This document shows, piece after piece, positions 38,969 through 48,511 of a stretch of 64,000 nucleotides of DNA (position 1 is the stretch's first letter; every line of letters begins with the position of its first letter). The stretch is from Nitrospinaceae bacterium (GTDB lineage: Bacteria > Nitrospinota > Nitrospinia > Nitrospinales > Nitrospinaceae). The DNA lies in the NCBI GenBank assembly GCA_965223665.1, contig OZ245011.1, positions 3,328,001 to 3,392,000 of the forward strand. The letters are read 5' to 3'. The position numbers and the translations under genes were made by a program. The notes below the pieces were generated by a model, which saw nothing but the letters and a program-made list of their open reading frames with translations, searched no databases and had not been told where the DNA came from.

Positions 38969-39541
38969 TTACTTTTTTTGGGACAATAATTCTTCAAAAT
39001 ACATAATAGTATCTGGCGCAGCCCAATTCTCAGCCCCATGCAGAATACCAACAATTATCCCCTTTGGGTCAATCAAAAAAGTAGTTGGTAAACTGGTAAT
39101 TCCATAGTCTTTACTTATGTCCATTTGCGGATCAAGCAAGATGGGAAAAGTTATTTTATTCGCCTTTACATAGGGCTCGACTACTCTGGTCCCAAACATG
39201 TCATTGGAAATACCGATGACTTTTAATGATTTACCTTTAAACTTTTCATGAAGATAATTTAAGGATGGCATTTCAATTTTACATGGTCCACACCAGGTAG
39301 CCCAGAAATTGAGAAGAATGTAATGTCCCCGTTGATCAGATAAATTAAAGTTTGACCCATTTAGTGTAGAAAGTGAAAAACCAGGGGCAATTTGGTTCTC
39401 CTTTAAGGCAACCGCTGACTGGACACTAATCACAAATCCCAGGAATAATCCAATCATGATCATAGCCATAAACTTAAAAGTTTTTCTGAAAAAATAAAAA
39501 CCCGGCAATGTTCCCCGCCGGGTTTGATATATGGTCTTCAT
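38969..39541 (-). CDS. TlpA/ResA-family thioredoxin-like disulfide reductase
   Basis: LNFWATWCGPCKIEMP, LPTTFLID; N-terminal hydrophobic anchor. Confidence 0.92.
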   Translation of the reverse strand: MKTIYQTRRGTLPGFYFFRKTFKFMAMIMIGLFLGFVISVQSAVALKENQIAPGFSLSTLNGSNFNLSDQRGHYILLNFWATWCGPCKIEMPSLNYLHEKFKGKSLKVIGISNDMFGTRVVEPYVKANKITFPILLDPQMDISKDYGITSLPTTFLIDPKGIIVGILHGAENWAAPDTIMYFEELLSQKK

Positions 39542-39588
39542 AATGATTTTATTTATCCAAAGTTCCTGGATCTCAAATTTGGATGATT

Positions 39589-39819
39589 TTATTCCACGGC
39601 TTCAATACAGCGTACCATAGGAATTGCCTTTTTTAGAGCCCTTTCAATTCCCATTTTTAGAGTCATAGTTGAACTGGAGCACGAACTACAGGACCCAACC
39701 AAGCGTACCTTTACAATACCGTCATCGATATCCACCAATTCTACATTGCCCCCGTCCTTCATAAGTTCCGGACGAATGGTGTCTAAAACGGACTCCACTT
39801 CCTCTTTCATTTCATCCAC
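39589..39819 (-). CDS. NifU C-terminal domain (Nfu-type Fe-S carrier)
   Basis: IRP.L..DGGNVELV, GSCSSC, TLKMGIER. Confidence 0.92.
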   Translation of the reverse strand: MDEMKEEVESVLDTIRPELMKDGGNVELVDIDDGIVKVRLVGSCSSCSSSTMTLKMGIERALKKAIPMVRCIEAVE

Positions 39820-39859
39820 AATAAAGATCCTTACGTTATTGGTGCAGAAAAATTTAGAA

Positions 39860-40111
<252 letters not shown>

Positions 40112-40160
40112 TTATTATCTCCTTCAATAAAGCAGTACACTGCTTTATGCTGTGAAAAAA

Positions 40161-40619
40161 TTAATTCAATTGCTTTTCAAAAGCCTTTGTCTCCTGACTC
40201 CATTTGAAAAAGGCCTCATCTTTGATTTCCTTATTATACACTGAAATTACCAAATACTGTGCTCCAGGATAGGTGGGTTCCCCATCAAATAAAGCCATCC
40301 GTTTATCTTCCTCTGAAAAATAGGCATCGTGATCCGGATGGGAATGGTAGAACAACTTCACCGCTAATCCTTTTTCATTGGCACTCTTAAAAATTTCCAT
40401 CAATTCTTTCGGATCAATGAAAAAAGCGGTTCTGGCGTCCCTTACATAAGTTTTAGGGTCCTTTTCATGTAATTGATTTTGGATATTGGTGCATCTGAAA
40501 TGGATATCCTCTTGATCATTTTCTGGGTTTCCTATAATAATTCCGCAACATTCATAGGGGTATTCTTCCAGAGCATGATTTCGCGCTTGCTCAAGATTGT
40601 CTTTTGCCAATAAAATCAT
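40161..40619 (-). CDS. JAB/MPN (M67) metallopeptidase, Mec-like
   Basis: YPYECCG and HSHPDHDAYFSEED JAMM motif. Confidence 0.9.
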   Translation of the reverse strand: MILLAKDNLEQARNHALEEYPYECCGIIIGNPENDQEDIHFRCTNIQNQLHEKDPKTYVRDARTAFFIDPKELMEIFKSANEKGLAVKLFYHSHPDHDAYFSEEDKRMALFDGEPTYPGAQYLVISVYNKEIKDEAFFKWSQETKAFEKQLN

Positions 40620-40689
40620 ATACTTAAGATCGTTGGTTTTAAATTGAAAAATTCTAGCTCAATATAACCAACCTAAATAAACTTGGGGT

Positions 40690-40989
40690 TTAAATATGTG
40701 ACCGTACTACTAAATTATCTTCCACAGTTATTTGACACGCGAGTCTTAAATTTGGATTTTTATTTAATTGTTTTTTTAAATTATTAGATTCAGTTTCATT
40801 TAGGGGGGCCACTTTCCCGGACACTATTTCCACTTTACAAGACGAGCAAAGTCCTCTTCCTCTACAGTTTAATAATTTAAAAATGTGGGCATAAATTCCA
40901 ACTTTGTTGGCAATTGCTGCTTCCCGAAGATTTTCCCCTGGTTCGACCTTAATAGTGCGATTTTGTTTTTCAAAAGTAACTTCTAGCAT
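40690..40989 (-). CDS. [2Fe-2S] ferredoxin
   Basis: CRGRGLCSSC and RLACQ. Confidence 0.9.
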   Translation of the reverse strand: MLEVTFEKQNRTIKVEPGENLREAAIANKVGIYAHIFKLLNCRGRGLCSSCKVEIVSGKVAPLNETESNNLKKQLNKNPNLRLACQITVEDNLVVRSHI

Positions 40990-41336
40990 GCTTCCACCTG
41001 AACATATTCTCCCAGTTTACCCTTACCCCAATATCCATAGAAGGCGTTACCCGCTGTGGAACAAAAGGATCTTAAATGAACATATTCTATGGCTCCATGA
41101 TCCGCCTTTAATACGCCCACCTGAGAGTATGGTGGGATTTTTTTACCACAATTCGCGCAATCCACAGAATAATTTTTGCATTGTTTAAGCAAACAGGCTC
41201 GACAAAGAACGGGATGAAACAAGTGAATTTCCTGGCCTTCAAACTCAATATAGGTAGGTTGCTCCTCTACGGACAATTGGCAATCGCTGCACTTTAGGAT
41301 ACCTGGGTTTTGGCTTTCTACAGAGGATGAAACCAT
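40983..41336 (-). CDS. Cys-rich putative metal-binding hypothetical protein
   Basis: CSDC, CRAC, CANC and H-x4-C motifs; 7-nt overlap with the ferredoxin gene. Confidence 0.7.
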   Translation of the reverse strand: MVSSSVESQNPGILKCSDCQLSVEEQPTYIEFEGQEIHLFHPVLCRACLLKQCKNYSVDCANCGKKIPPYSQVGVLKADHGAIEYVHLRSFCSTAGNAFYGYWGKGKLGEYVQVEAC

Positions 41337-41394
41337 TTTCTAAAAAATGACTGTTTGCTTTAATTAAAAGAATCCATTCTATACCAAAAGGGAC

Positions 41395-42438
41395 TCAATT
41401 TATGCAAACTTTTCTCATTTCGAGGAAGTTGTCTAAAACGGCACCAGCTCCTTTGACTATACTGGTAAGTGGCTCGGTAGGAACAAATGTTTTTAGGCAG
41501 GTAGTTTCTTCAACAAGTTTATCTAATCCGGGAATTAAAGCCCCTCCACCGGTAATATAAATTCCATTAGAAAAAATATCCGCAGAGAGTTCGGGGGGTG
41601 TTTTTTCCAGAGCTCTATGGACAACGGTTTGGATGGCGGTAATGGGTTCTTTCATGGCTTCACGGATTTCTTCATCATTAACTGTAATTGAGGTAGGAAC
41701 ACCAGTTTTAATGTTGAGACCTTTTACGTCAATATACTTTCTATCCATTAAGGGGTAAGCACTTCCTACTGCAATCTTAATGCGTTCAGCCTCAAAAATT
41801 CCAATACTTAATTGGTGCTCAATTCTCATATATCTAAGAATGGCCTCGTCCATTTCATCTCCTGCAACCCGAATTGATTCTCCATAAGCAATTGCAGACA
41901 AGGAAGTGATGGCCACATCAGTAGTTCCCCCACCGATATCAATAACCATATTACCTTCCGGCTTATGGACAGGAATTCCTACGCCAATGGCAGCGGCCAT
42001 AGGCTCCTCAACCAAATAAACCTCACGAACTCCAGAAAGAATGGCCGCATCGATTACAGCTTTCTTTTCAACTTGGGTAATACAAGTTGGAATTCCAACA
42101 ACCATCCTCGGCTTTATGACTCGAAATCGTTTTAAAACTTTTTCAATAAAATAACTGATCATTTTATTAGTAATTTCGAAGTCTGCAATTACTCCATCTT
42201 TCATTGGTCGAATGGTTTGTAAACGCGCATGGGTTCGACCAAACATTTTCTTTGCTTCAAGTCCAACAGCTTCCACATTACTGTTACCATTTCCGTTAGT
42301 GGATATAGCAACAATAGATGGTTCGTTTAATAAGATACCGTGATTTTTTACATAGATTAAAGTATTCGCCGTTCCAAGATCCATTGCGACATCTGCAGAA
42401 AATTTATCTAAAAGATTGGAAAAAAATTTTGGTATCAT
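41395..42438 (-). CDS. mreB: MreB-family actin homolog
   Basis: DLGTANT, RPMKDGVIADF, EEPMAAAIG, DIGGGTT, ITGGGALI. Confidence 0.93.
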   Translation of the reverse strand: MIPKFFSNLLDKFSADVAMDLGTANTLIYVKNHGILLNEPSIVAISTNGNGNSNVEAVGLEAKKMFGRTHARLQTIRPMKDGVIADFEITNKMISYFIEKVLKRFRVIKPRMVVGIPTCITQVEKKAVIDAAILSGVREVYLVEEPMAAAIGVGIPVHKPEGNMVIDIGGGTTDVAITSLSAIAYGESIRVAGDEMDEAILRYMRIEHQLSIGIFEAERIKIAVGSAYPLMDRKYIDVKGLNIKTGVPTSITVNDEEIREAMKEPITAIQTVVHRALEKTPPELSADIFSNGIYITGGGALIPGLDKLVEETTCLKTFVPTEPLTSIVKGAGAVLDNFLEMRKVCIN

Positions 42439-43850
42439 TCGGTTTCTTCCTTTGTATCAAATGCTCTCGACCTGGAAGCACTTATAAGCCCCTCTAGGTG
42501 TTTCCCGTCCTTAGGGTATCTGGCCAATCCCAATCGAATTTCTGGTTGAATAAGCTTGTCTCTTCCTAATAGGTTAGGGTTTTGGATGCCATCTTGCAAT
42601 AGAGTGTTTTGTATATCTAAAGATTCTTTGTCTTTTCCTGCTAATAAAATAATTAGTGTGTCTTCTGAAAATTTAAATATAAACTTGGGAAGGGCTAAGG
42701 ACTCGGAGGCTTGTGATACGATTTGATTGATTAAGCGATCACCCTGTTCAATACCATCAGCTTCATATATAGAATTTAAATTTTTGATATGAATTGTAAT
42801 TACGCAGATTGCATTATCCTTGAAGGCCTCTTTCTCAATGATATTGAGATGTTTTAATAGAAAACGGTAATTAGGAAGCCCAGAAATTTGACAATGATTT
42901 TTATCATTTTCCCACTGTTGAGTTATTTCTGAATAATCCAGCGCTTGGGCGCCTAAAGTGGTTAATAACATTAGTTTTTGCAGATCAGAATAATTCATTC
43001 CATCGGCTGACTTATGAGCACAAACCACTAAACCTTGTAATCCTTTTTTCCCAATCAGAGGTGATATGATTACGGATTCGAAAGGTTCTGGTTTTTCGTC
43101 TTTTACAAAGATGAATCGACCCGTTGACCAAGGATGATGTATTAGTTTGGCTTCTGAATTCTGTTGAAAAGACCCGCAAATGGATTCTCCCGATATAATG
43201 CAAAAAGATTTAACGGGTTGTTTCCAACCTTTGGCCTGGGTCACTCTTCCTGTACCATCACTTTTAAACCAAACCACTGCTAAGGCGTCAAAAGGGATGT
43301 GATTTTGAGAAGTTTGAAGAAATCTTTCAGCTAATGTTTTTCGATTGGGTGATTCGGCCAGATATTGACCCCATTCGATTAAAGATATCGGAGAAATTTC
43401 TTTTTGAAGATCTTGGTTAGGAAATTCATTTTCCTTTGTAAGGTGCCAAGCCATTTGCTCGGCTAATCCAGTCACCAGTTTTTGCATTTTTGTTGAAAAA
43501 CTATAACCCTCCTTGGAATCAACCACCAGAACCCCAATCAATCCATCGCGATTAATTGGAACAGCTAGAAAACATTTAAGATTCTCTTTATTCCCATATA
43601 TTTCTAAGGTGGGTGATGTTTCTAATGAAAAATCGAGTAATTTGGATTGTTTCTCCTCAGCAACTTGTCCAATGAGACCTTGTCCTAAATCTATAGCGAC
43701 ATCGGGTTTAAAGTTGGGGCTTAGGGATAGGTAATCTACAACCTTTAGTTGTTGTGAATGGGAATCGAGTTGAAATAAGGCCGTGGTATAGGCATCCGCA
43801 ATATTACTCGTAATTTCTATTAAATTTTTTAGCAGAGGATTTGAGGCCAT
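42435..43850 (-). CDS. Tandem GAF domains plus degenerate GGDEF-like domain
   Basis: GQGLIGQV...FLAVP...GVLVVDS (GAF); ISGLPNYR...FSEDTL...GLARYPKDG (GGDEF fold lacking the GG[D/E]EF motif). Confidence 0.8.
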   Translation of the reverse strand: MASNPLLKNLIEITSNIADAYTTALFQLDSHSQQLKVVDYLSLSPNFKPDVAIDLGQGLIGQVAEEKQSKLLDFSLETSPTLEIYGNKENLKCFLAVPINRDGLIGVLVVDSKEGYSFSTKMQKLVTGLAEQMAWHLTKENEFPNQDLQKEISPISLIEWGQYLAESPNRKTLAERFLQTSQNHIPFDALAVVWFKSDGTGRVTQAKGWKQPVKSFCIISGESICGSFQQNSEAKLIHHPWSTGRFIFVKDEKPEPFESVIISPLIGKKGLQGLVVCAHKSADGMNYSDLQKLMLLTTLGAQALDYSEITQQWENDKNHCQISGLPNYRFLLKHLNIIEKEAFKDNAICVITIHIKNLNSIYEADGIEQGDRLINQIVSQASESLALPKFIFKFSEDTLIILLAGKDKESLDIQNTLLQDGIQNPNLLGRDKLIQPEIRLGLARYPKDGKHLEGLISASRSRAFDTKEETE

Positions 43851-44130
43851 TCGTTAGAGGTTTTAATATAGTTGATTTTGGTAATTCATTAAGAAATAGT
43901 TGGGTGGGCCAAACCATCAAATTTGTATCAAGTAAAAAGGCAAGAATAGTAATTGGTTAAGCCAGGGTTAACTAAGAAACATAAGTCACCCAATGGACTT
44001 TTTATTTAAACTATGGGAAGTCTCCTTTCAATCTAATTATTTTAAAATCAGCAAGTTGTGGTGTCAATTTTATAAAATGAGTCAATTAATGTGATTTGAT
44101 TTAAACAACGATTTATTAATTGAAAACAGC

Positions 44131-44159
44131 TTGACAGAGAAGATTTCGATTTATATACT
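44131..44159 (+). promoter_or_regulatory. Sigma70 promoter of the tRNA pair
   Basis: TTGACA-N17-TATACT. Confidence 0.8.
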
Positions 44160-44200
44160 CCCTGATCTTTGATATAAGGGAACCAGCGGAAATTAAAGAT

Positions 44201-44276
44201 GGGCTGATAGCTCAGCTGGGAGAGCATCGGCCTTACAAGCCGAGGGTCACAGGTTCGAGCCCTGTTCAGCCCACCA
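44201..44276 (+). tRNA. tRNA-Val(TAC)
   Basis: GGGCTGA/TCAGCCC acceptor stem, TCGGC-CTTACAA-GCCGA anticodon arm, GGTTCGA T-loop, CCA end. Confidence 0.97.
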
Positions 44277-44391
44277 TTTTTCCGAGAAACTTTTTTACCA
44301 AAGCATTTATTTTTACAAAGTAACTTTTACTAGTAAAATTTTTGCAGTTCATTTTTTTTAATTAGTAATTCCTGATTAGATTGAAACCAAC

Positions 44392-44468
<77 letters not shown>

Positions 44469-44473
44469 TTTAT

Positions 44474-44518
44474 AAACAAGCACCTAAAGGCAATTTCCTT
44501 TAGGTGCTTGTTTTTTTT
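44474..44518 (+). terminator. Intrinsic terminator after the tRNAs
   Basis: 17-bp perfect inverted repeat AAACAAGCACCTAAAGG/CCTTTAGGTGCTTGTTT plus T-run. Confidence 0.92.
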
Positions 44519-44579
44519 GAATCTTTATTTCTAATTCCGAAAAATAAAGCTCCCGATCTCCCTCAAATATTTTTAATCC

Positions 44580-44606
44580 TGTCACGATTTTCCTTTCTGA
44601 TTCGTC
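44580..44606 (+). promoter_or_regulatory. ECF41-type promoter
   Basis: TGTCACG-N16-CGTC versus the known ECF41 consensus TGTCACA-N16-CGTC. Confidence 0.8.
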
Positions 44607-44634
44607 TTAGATATATAATTTAAAGGAGGTTGAT

Positions 44635-45159
44635 ATGTTAAAGAAAATTGTGAAATGGTCTATTAGTAATTTTGAGAAAAAAACAAGATACAATGCAACT
44701 TATATGAAGGTAATGGCTGAATCTTCTTTATCTTTAGCCAGGCAGTTTTCAAAGTTTATTAAGTTAAATGGATATAAAAAGCATACCCCAGACGATATTA
44801 TGCAGATTGCTAAGATTACCGCTCTAAAAACAGAAGACTGCGGAACATGCTTACAGCTAAATATTGATTACGCACTTAAATCGGGAATGGCCAGGAAACA
44901 TATTATAAATACAATCCAAAGCCCAGAAAAATTACCTGCAAGCTTAAAACTTATTTATGATTTTTCTTATAAAACTTCCACCAATGCGCCGGATTTGGAA
45001 AATTATCGAAGCCAGGTTGAAAAAGAATATGGCATCGATATTTTAATTGAACTGGCAATGGCCATTGCGACTTCCAGGGTCTACCCTGCAATTAAAAGAG
45101 CAATGGGGTACTCAACTTCTTGTTCAGTAATGCAATTTAATTTTGGAGAAGGGCAGTAA
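44635..45159 (+). CDS. Carboxymuconolactone decarboxylase/AhpD-like protein
   Basis: EDCGTC CxxC motif; typical partner position upstream of an ECF41 sigma factor. Confidence 0.8.
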   Translation: MLKKIVKWSISNFEKKTRYNATYMKVMAESSLSLARQFSKFIKLNGYKKHTPDDIMQIAKITALKTEDCGTCLQLNIDYALKSGMARKHIINTIQSPEKLPASLKLIYDFSYKTSTNAPDLENYRSQVEKEYGIDILIELAMAIATSRVYPAIKRAMGYSTSCSVMQFNFGEGQ

Positions 45160-46053
45160 ATGCAAAATGATAGTTTGAATATTTTTTTGCAATATAAAAA
45201 TCCAATGATGGCTCTAGCATATAGAATGCTTGGATCCATATGTGAGGCTGAAGAAATAGTTCAAGATGCTTATATTAAGTGGCATGACCATGCAAAAGAA
45301 AATATTCATAATCCCAAAAGTTGGCTTTTAAAAGTTTGTAGCAATCTAGCATTGGACCGTTTAAAAAAATCGTATAAGAAAAGGGAGGAATATGTTGGCC
45401 CTTGGTTACCAGAACCCGTAGTTAATAAATTAGGTTATTGGGAAGAAGATCATTTAGAAAAGTCTGAAAGTCTTTCAATGGCTTTTTTACTTATATTGGA
45501 GAATCTAAATCCGATGGAAAGAGTGGTTTATCTTCTGCACGATATTTTTGGATACTCTTTCAAAGAAATAGGATCTATTGTTGATAGAAGTGATAGTCAT
45601 TGCAGAAAAATAGCGGAAAGGGCTCGAAAGTATATTCAAACCAACAAGCCTAAATTTGATACTCCTTCAAATCAAGATTTTAAAATTCTAGAAAAATTTT
45701 TTGAGAATGTTAAAAACGGAAAAATTAACAGGATTAAAGAATTATTTAGTGAGAACCTTGAGTTTTGGTCTGATGGAGGTGGTAAAGCCATTGCGCTGCC
45801 AAAAGTTATGGTAGATCCAGAGAAAATTGGCAAATTCTTTATTGGAATTCTTAAGCAGGGGTTTAGTAAAGAAGTCGAATTCAAAAATGAATTTACAACT
45901 ATAAATAATCGACCTGGTTTAATTTTTTCCAGTAAAACTAGAAAGACAGATTGGAAACTTGAGACAGTTTTTTCATTTGAGTTTGAAGAAGGAAAAATTT
46001 CAAGAATTTTCGCCGTGAGAAATCCAGATAAATTGAGTCTGAATAAAGTTTGA
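45160..46053 (+). CDS. ECF41 (SigJ-like) RNA polymerase sigma factor with SnoaL-like C-terminal extension
   Basis: REEYVGPWLPEP, SDGGGK and RNPDKL signature motifs. Confidence 0.93.
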   Translation: MQNDSLNIFLQYKNPMMALAYRMLGSICEAEEIVQDAYIKWHDHAKENIHNPKSWLLKVCSNLALDRLKKSYKKREEYVGPWLPEPVVNKLGYWEEDHLEKSESLSMAFLLILENLNPMERVVYLLHDIFGYSFKEIGSIVDRSDSHCRKIAERARKYIQTNKPKFDTPSNQDFKILEKFFENVKNGKINRIKELFSENLEFWSDGGGKAIALPKVMVDPEKIGKFFIGILKQGFSKEVEFKNEFTTINNRPGLIFSSKTRKTDWKLETVFSFEFEEGKISRIFAVRNPDKLSLNKV

Positions 46054-46163
46054 TTCCCTTTGTATGCTAGAAAAAATGTAGCAAATAAATTAAAAAACCC
46101 CCTTTTATAACCCTTCCATAAATTTTAAATTTAGTGTATTTTACGTCAATAATTATAGATAGA

Positions 46164-46219
46164 GCCGATACGGGAGGGCAGTGTGCAACATCGTGGGGAT
46201 TTGTATGCTGGTTATCGGC
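46164..46219 (+). other. GC-rich long hairpin in a convergent intergenic region
   Basis: GCCGATA/TATCGGC plus CAGTGTGCAA/TTGTATGCTG (three G-U pairs on the + strand). Confidence 0.5.
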
Positions 46220-46409
46220 CCTAAGTTTATTTTGAATTCCTCTACAAAAAAATATTATCTCACCCTTTATTACCTCTAATTCCTTTCTGCGGCATCTAAA
46301 TAAAAAATATTTTAATTTGAGCAGCAAACTTTTTCTTACCAGAATAAAAAATTAAGGGCGTTTAAGAATAATTAAAAATCGAGATTGATTTTGCTAGCCT
46401 ATCCAGCAC

Positions 46410-46976
46410 TTATAATCGATATTTTTGAATTAAGATTTTTGCGGCATTTTGTGCTTGTCTCGCAAATTTAGAAGAACCATTTATTTGAGACATAGTAATG
46501 GCTCCCTCTAGCAACAAAAGCAACTGTTCGGCAAGTTGTTTTGGTTTGCCAATTTTTGCCTGGGTTGCTAATCCAATAATATAATCCAGGACTAAACTTT
46601 TAAACTCTTTGCAAATATTTCGAATGGCGGTTCCTTGTTCTGGAAATTCACCCGCAGCGCCTACAAACAAGCAACCAAAATAATCTTTTTGATTGAACCA
46701 TTTTTCAGCCACCTCGAAAATAGCTATCAGTCTTTGTTGCGGAGATGTTGTTATTTTTTCCACTTCGCGCATAAAATTATTGCGAAACTCTTGGTCATAA
46801 TATCGAAGTACAGCTAAAATGAGTTCATCCTTAGATTTAAAATGATTGTAAAGCGTTCTTTTGGCAATCCCTGATTCCTTTAAAATTAAATCAATTCCTA
46901 CCGCATGAAAACCATACTGTGAAAATAGTTTGTGAGCAGTTTTAATTAGTTTTTCACGTTTTGAAGCTATAGCCAA
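46410..46976 (-). CDS. TetR/AcrR-family regulator
   Basis: GFHAVGID, TLYNHFKSKDELI HTH; FGCLF in the C-domain. Confidence 0.93.
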   Translation of the reverse strand: MAIASKREKLIKTAHKLFSQYGFHAVGIDLILKESGIAKRTLYNHFKSKDELILAVLRYYDQEFRNNFMREVEKITTSPQQRLIAIFEVAEKWFNQKDYFGCLFVGAAGEFPEQGTAIRNICKEFKSLVLDYIIGLATQAKIGKPKQLAEQLLLLLEGAITMSQINGSSKFARQAQNAAKILIQKYRL

Positions 46977-47178
46977 GATTTATGCCTCTCATTTCTATAC
47001 TAATCTGTTTTAAGTAAATTTAAAATAAATATAAATTTAGACCTTTATTTTAAATGAATTTTGAGACTTAACAAAAAAAACTTAAAAAAATCTGTAATGA
47101 AATCAAAATTTTTAATACTAATTTGTCTACCTCGTTGCGAGAGACTTTTAAATTTATTTTAACGATAAGGAGTAGACA

Positions 47179-47697
47179 ATGAATTTTTCAACATTAAAAA
47201 CCAAATTAGTACCAATAATTACACTGATGATCGCTCTTATTTCCAATTTTGCTTTTGCCGGGCAAGGTGGAATGATGAATGGCGGAGCTATGACAAAAAT
47301 GGATTCTACTTCCATTTTGGAAACCAATATTGTGGGGGTTCAAGGTTATGATCTGGTTTCTTACCATAAAAATGAAAAGCCTCTTAAAGGTAATGGGAAC
47401 CACGTAGTTGAGCATCATGGAGTTACCTATTTGTTTATTAATAAAACTAATCAAGAAGAGTTTGCCAAAAACCCTCATAAATATTTACCTGCCTTTGGTG
47501 GTTATTGTGCTTATGGAGTGGCAGTAGGTAAAAAATTTGTGGGAGACCCAGACGTTTGGAGGATTGTGGACAATAAACTGTATTTAAATTTGGACAACAA
47601 AATACAAGGGATCTGGAATAAAGATATTTCCGGCAACATTCAAAAAGCAGAAGTAAATTGGACAAAAATTAAAAATAAAAAAGCTGCCGATCTTTGA
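47179..47697 (+). CDS. Exported YHS-domain protein
   Basis: GYDLVSYH, YLF...N...F..NP.KYLPAFGGYCAYG, DP..WRIVDNKLYLN. Confidence 0.88.
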   Translation: MNFSTLKTKLVPIITLMIALISNFAFAGQGGMMNGGAMTKMDSTSILETNIVGVQGYDLVSYHKNEKPLKGNGNHVVEHHGVTYLFINKTNQEEFAKNPHKYLPAFGGYCAYGVAVGKKFVGDPDVWRIVDNKLYLNLDNKIQGIWNKDISGNIQKAEVNWTKIKNKKAADL

Positions 47698-47732
47698 TTT
47701 TTTATAATCCGTTGACCTTTGGTCTATAGGAA

Positions 47733-47785
47733 AAAAGGAGCTATAAGGTTAGAAATTGTAAATCTGTAGCTCCCTTTTCTTTTTT
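47733..47785 (+). terminator. Terminator-like hairpin between the YHS and P460 genes
   Basis: AAAAGGAGCTATA...TGTAGCTCCCTTTT plus T-run. Confidence 0.6.
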
Positions 47786-47833
47786 AATACAATTGGTTCG
47801 CATTCTAACACTCCGTTCATAAAGGGATCTAAA

Positions 47834-48448
47834 GTGAAATACTTTTCAAAGCTAATATTCATATCAGTTTTTTTCTGTTTGTACTTCAGTGTGATAGTTT
47901 CAGCCCAAAATAATACTCATACATCATTCGCACCCAATGTAAATTTAAAAACCGGGACAATTTCTGTTCCAAAGGATTATAACTTTTGGCCTGTTTTGGG
48001 GACTTGGTCCCATGCAATTGGGAAAGAAAAACCCGGGACGAAAGAATTTCATATCGTATACACTCAGCCTGAAACTATTGCTTATTATAAAAAGCACAGA
48101 AAGTTTCCAGATGGTGCTGTATTAGTTAAGGAACTTATTAATACTAAAACAATGTCCATGACTACCGGTCCATTTGTGAGTCATGCAACTACAATAAAAG
48201 GATGGTTTGTTTTAGTTCGAGATACTCAAAATCGGTTTCCAAATTCAAAGTTATGGGGCGAGGGCTGGGGATGGTCCTTCTTTAAGGGAGAAAATTCTGT
48301 TGAAACAGTTTCAAAGAATTATAAAGAAGATTGTCTTGGATGCCATTTACCTGCAAGGGATTTAGCTCCGGCTCAAGCAAATGATTCTGATAAATGGATT
48401 TACACCTTTGGGTATCCTTTTCTGAATAAAGAAAATGATAGCCCTTAA
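47834..48448 (+). CDS. Cytochrome P460-family protein
   Basis: Signal peptide; FPDGAVLVKE; GWGWSFF; single C-terminal CLGCH. Confidence 0.85.
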   Translation: MKYFSKLIFISVFFCLYFSVIVSAQNNTHTSFAPNVNLKTGTISVPKDYNFWPVLGTWSHAIGKEKPGTKEFHIVYTQPETIAYYKKHRKFPDGAVLVKELINTKTMSMTTGPFVSHATTIKGWFVLVRDTQNRFPNSKLWGEGWGWSFFKGENSVETVSKNYKEDCLGCHLPARDLAPAQANDSDKWIYTFGYPFLNKENDSP

Positions 48449-48511
48449 AAGCTTAAAAATGTATGAAGGGGGTTTGATAATTGGCCAGGTCAAACTTCCT
48501 TCAGCTTTTAT

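Noticed and set aside
46067-46327. 86-aa minus-strand ORF
   Set aside because: TTG start, no clear SD and no recognisable motif; probably spurious
47179-47697. Selenoprotein form of the YHS protein
   Set aside because: The GGYC position is encoded by TGT (Cys), with no in-frame TGA
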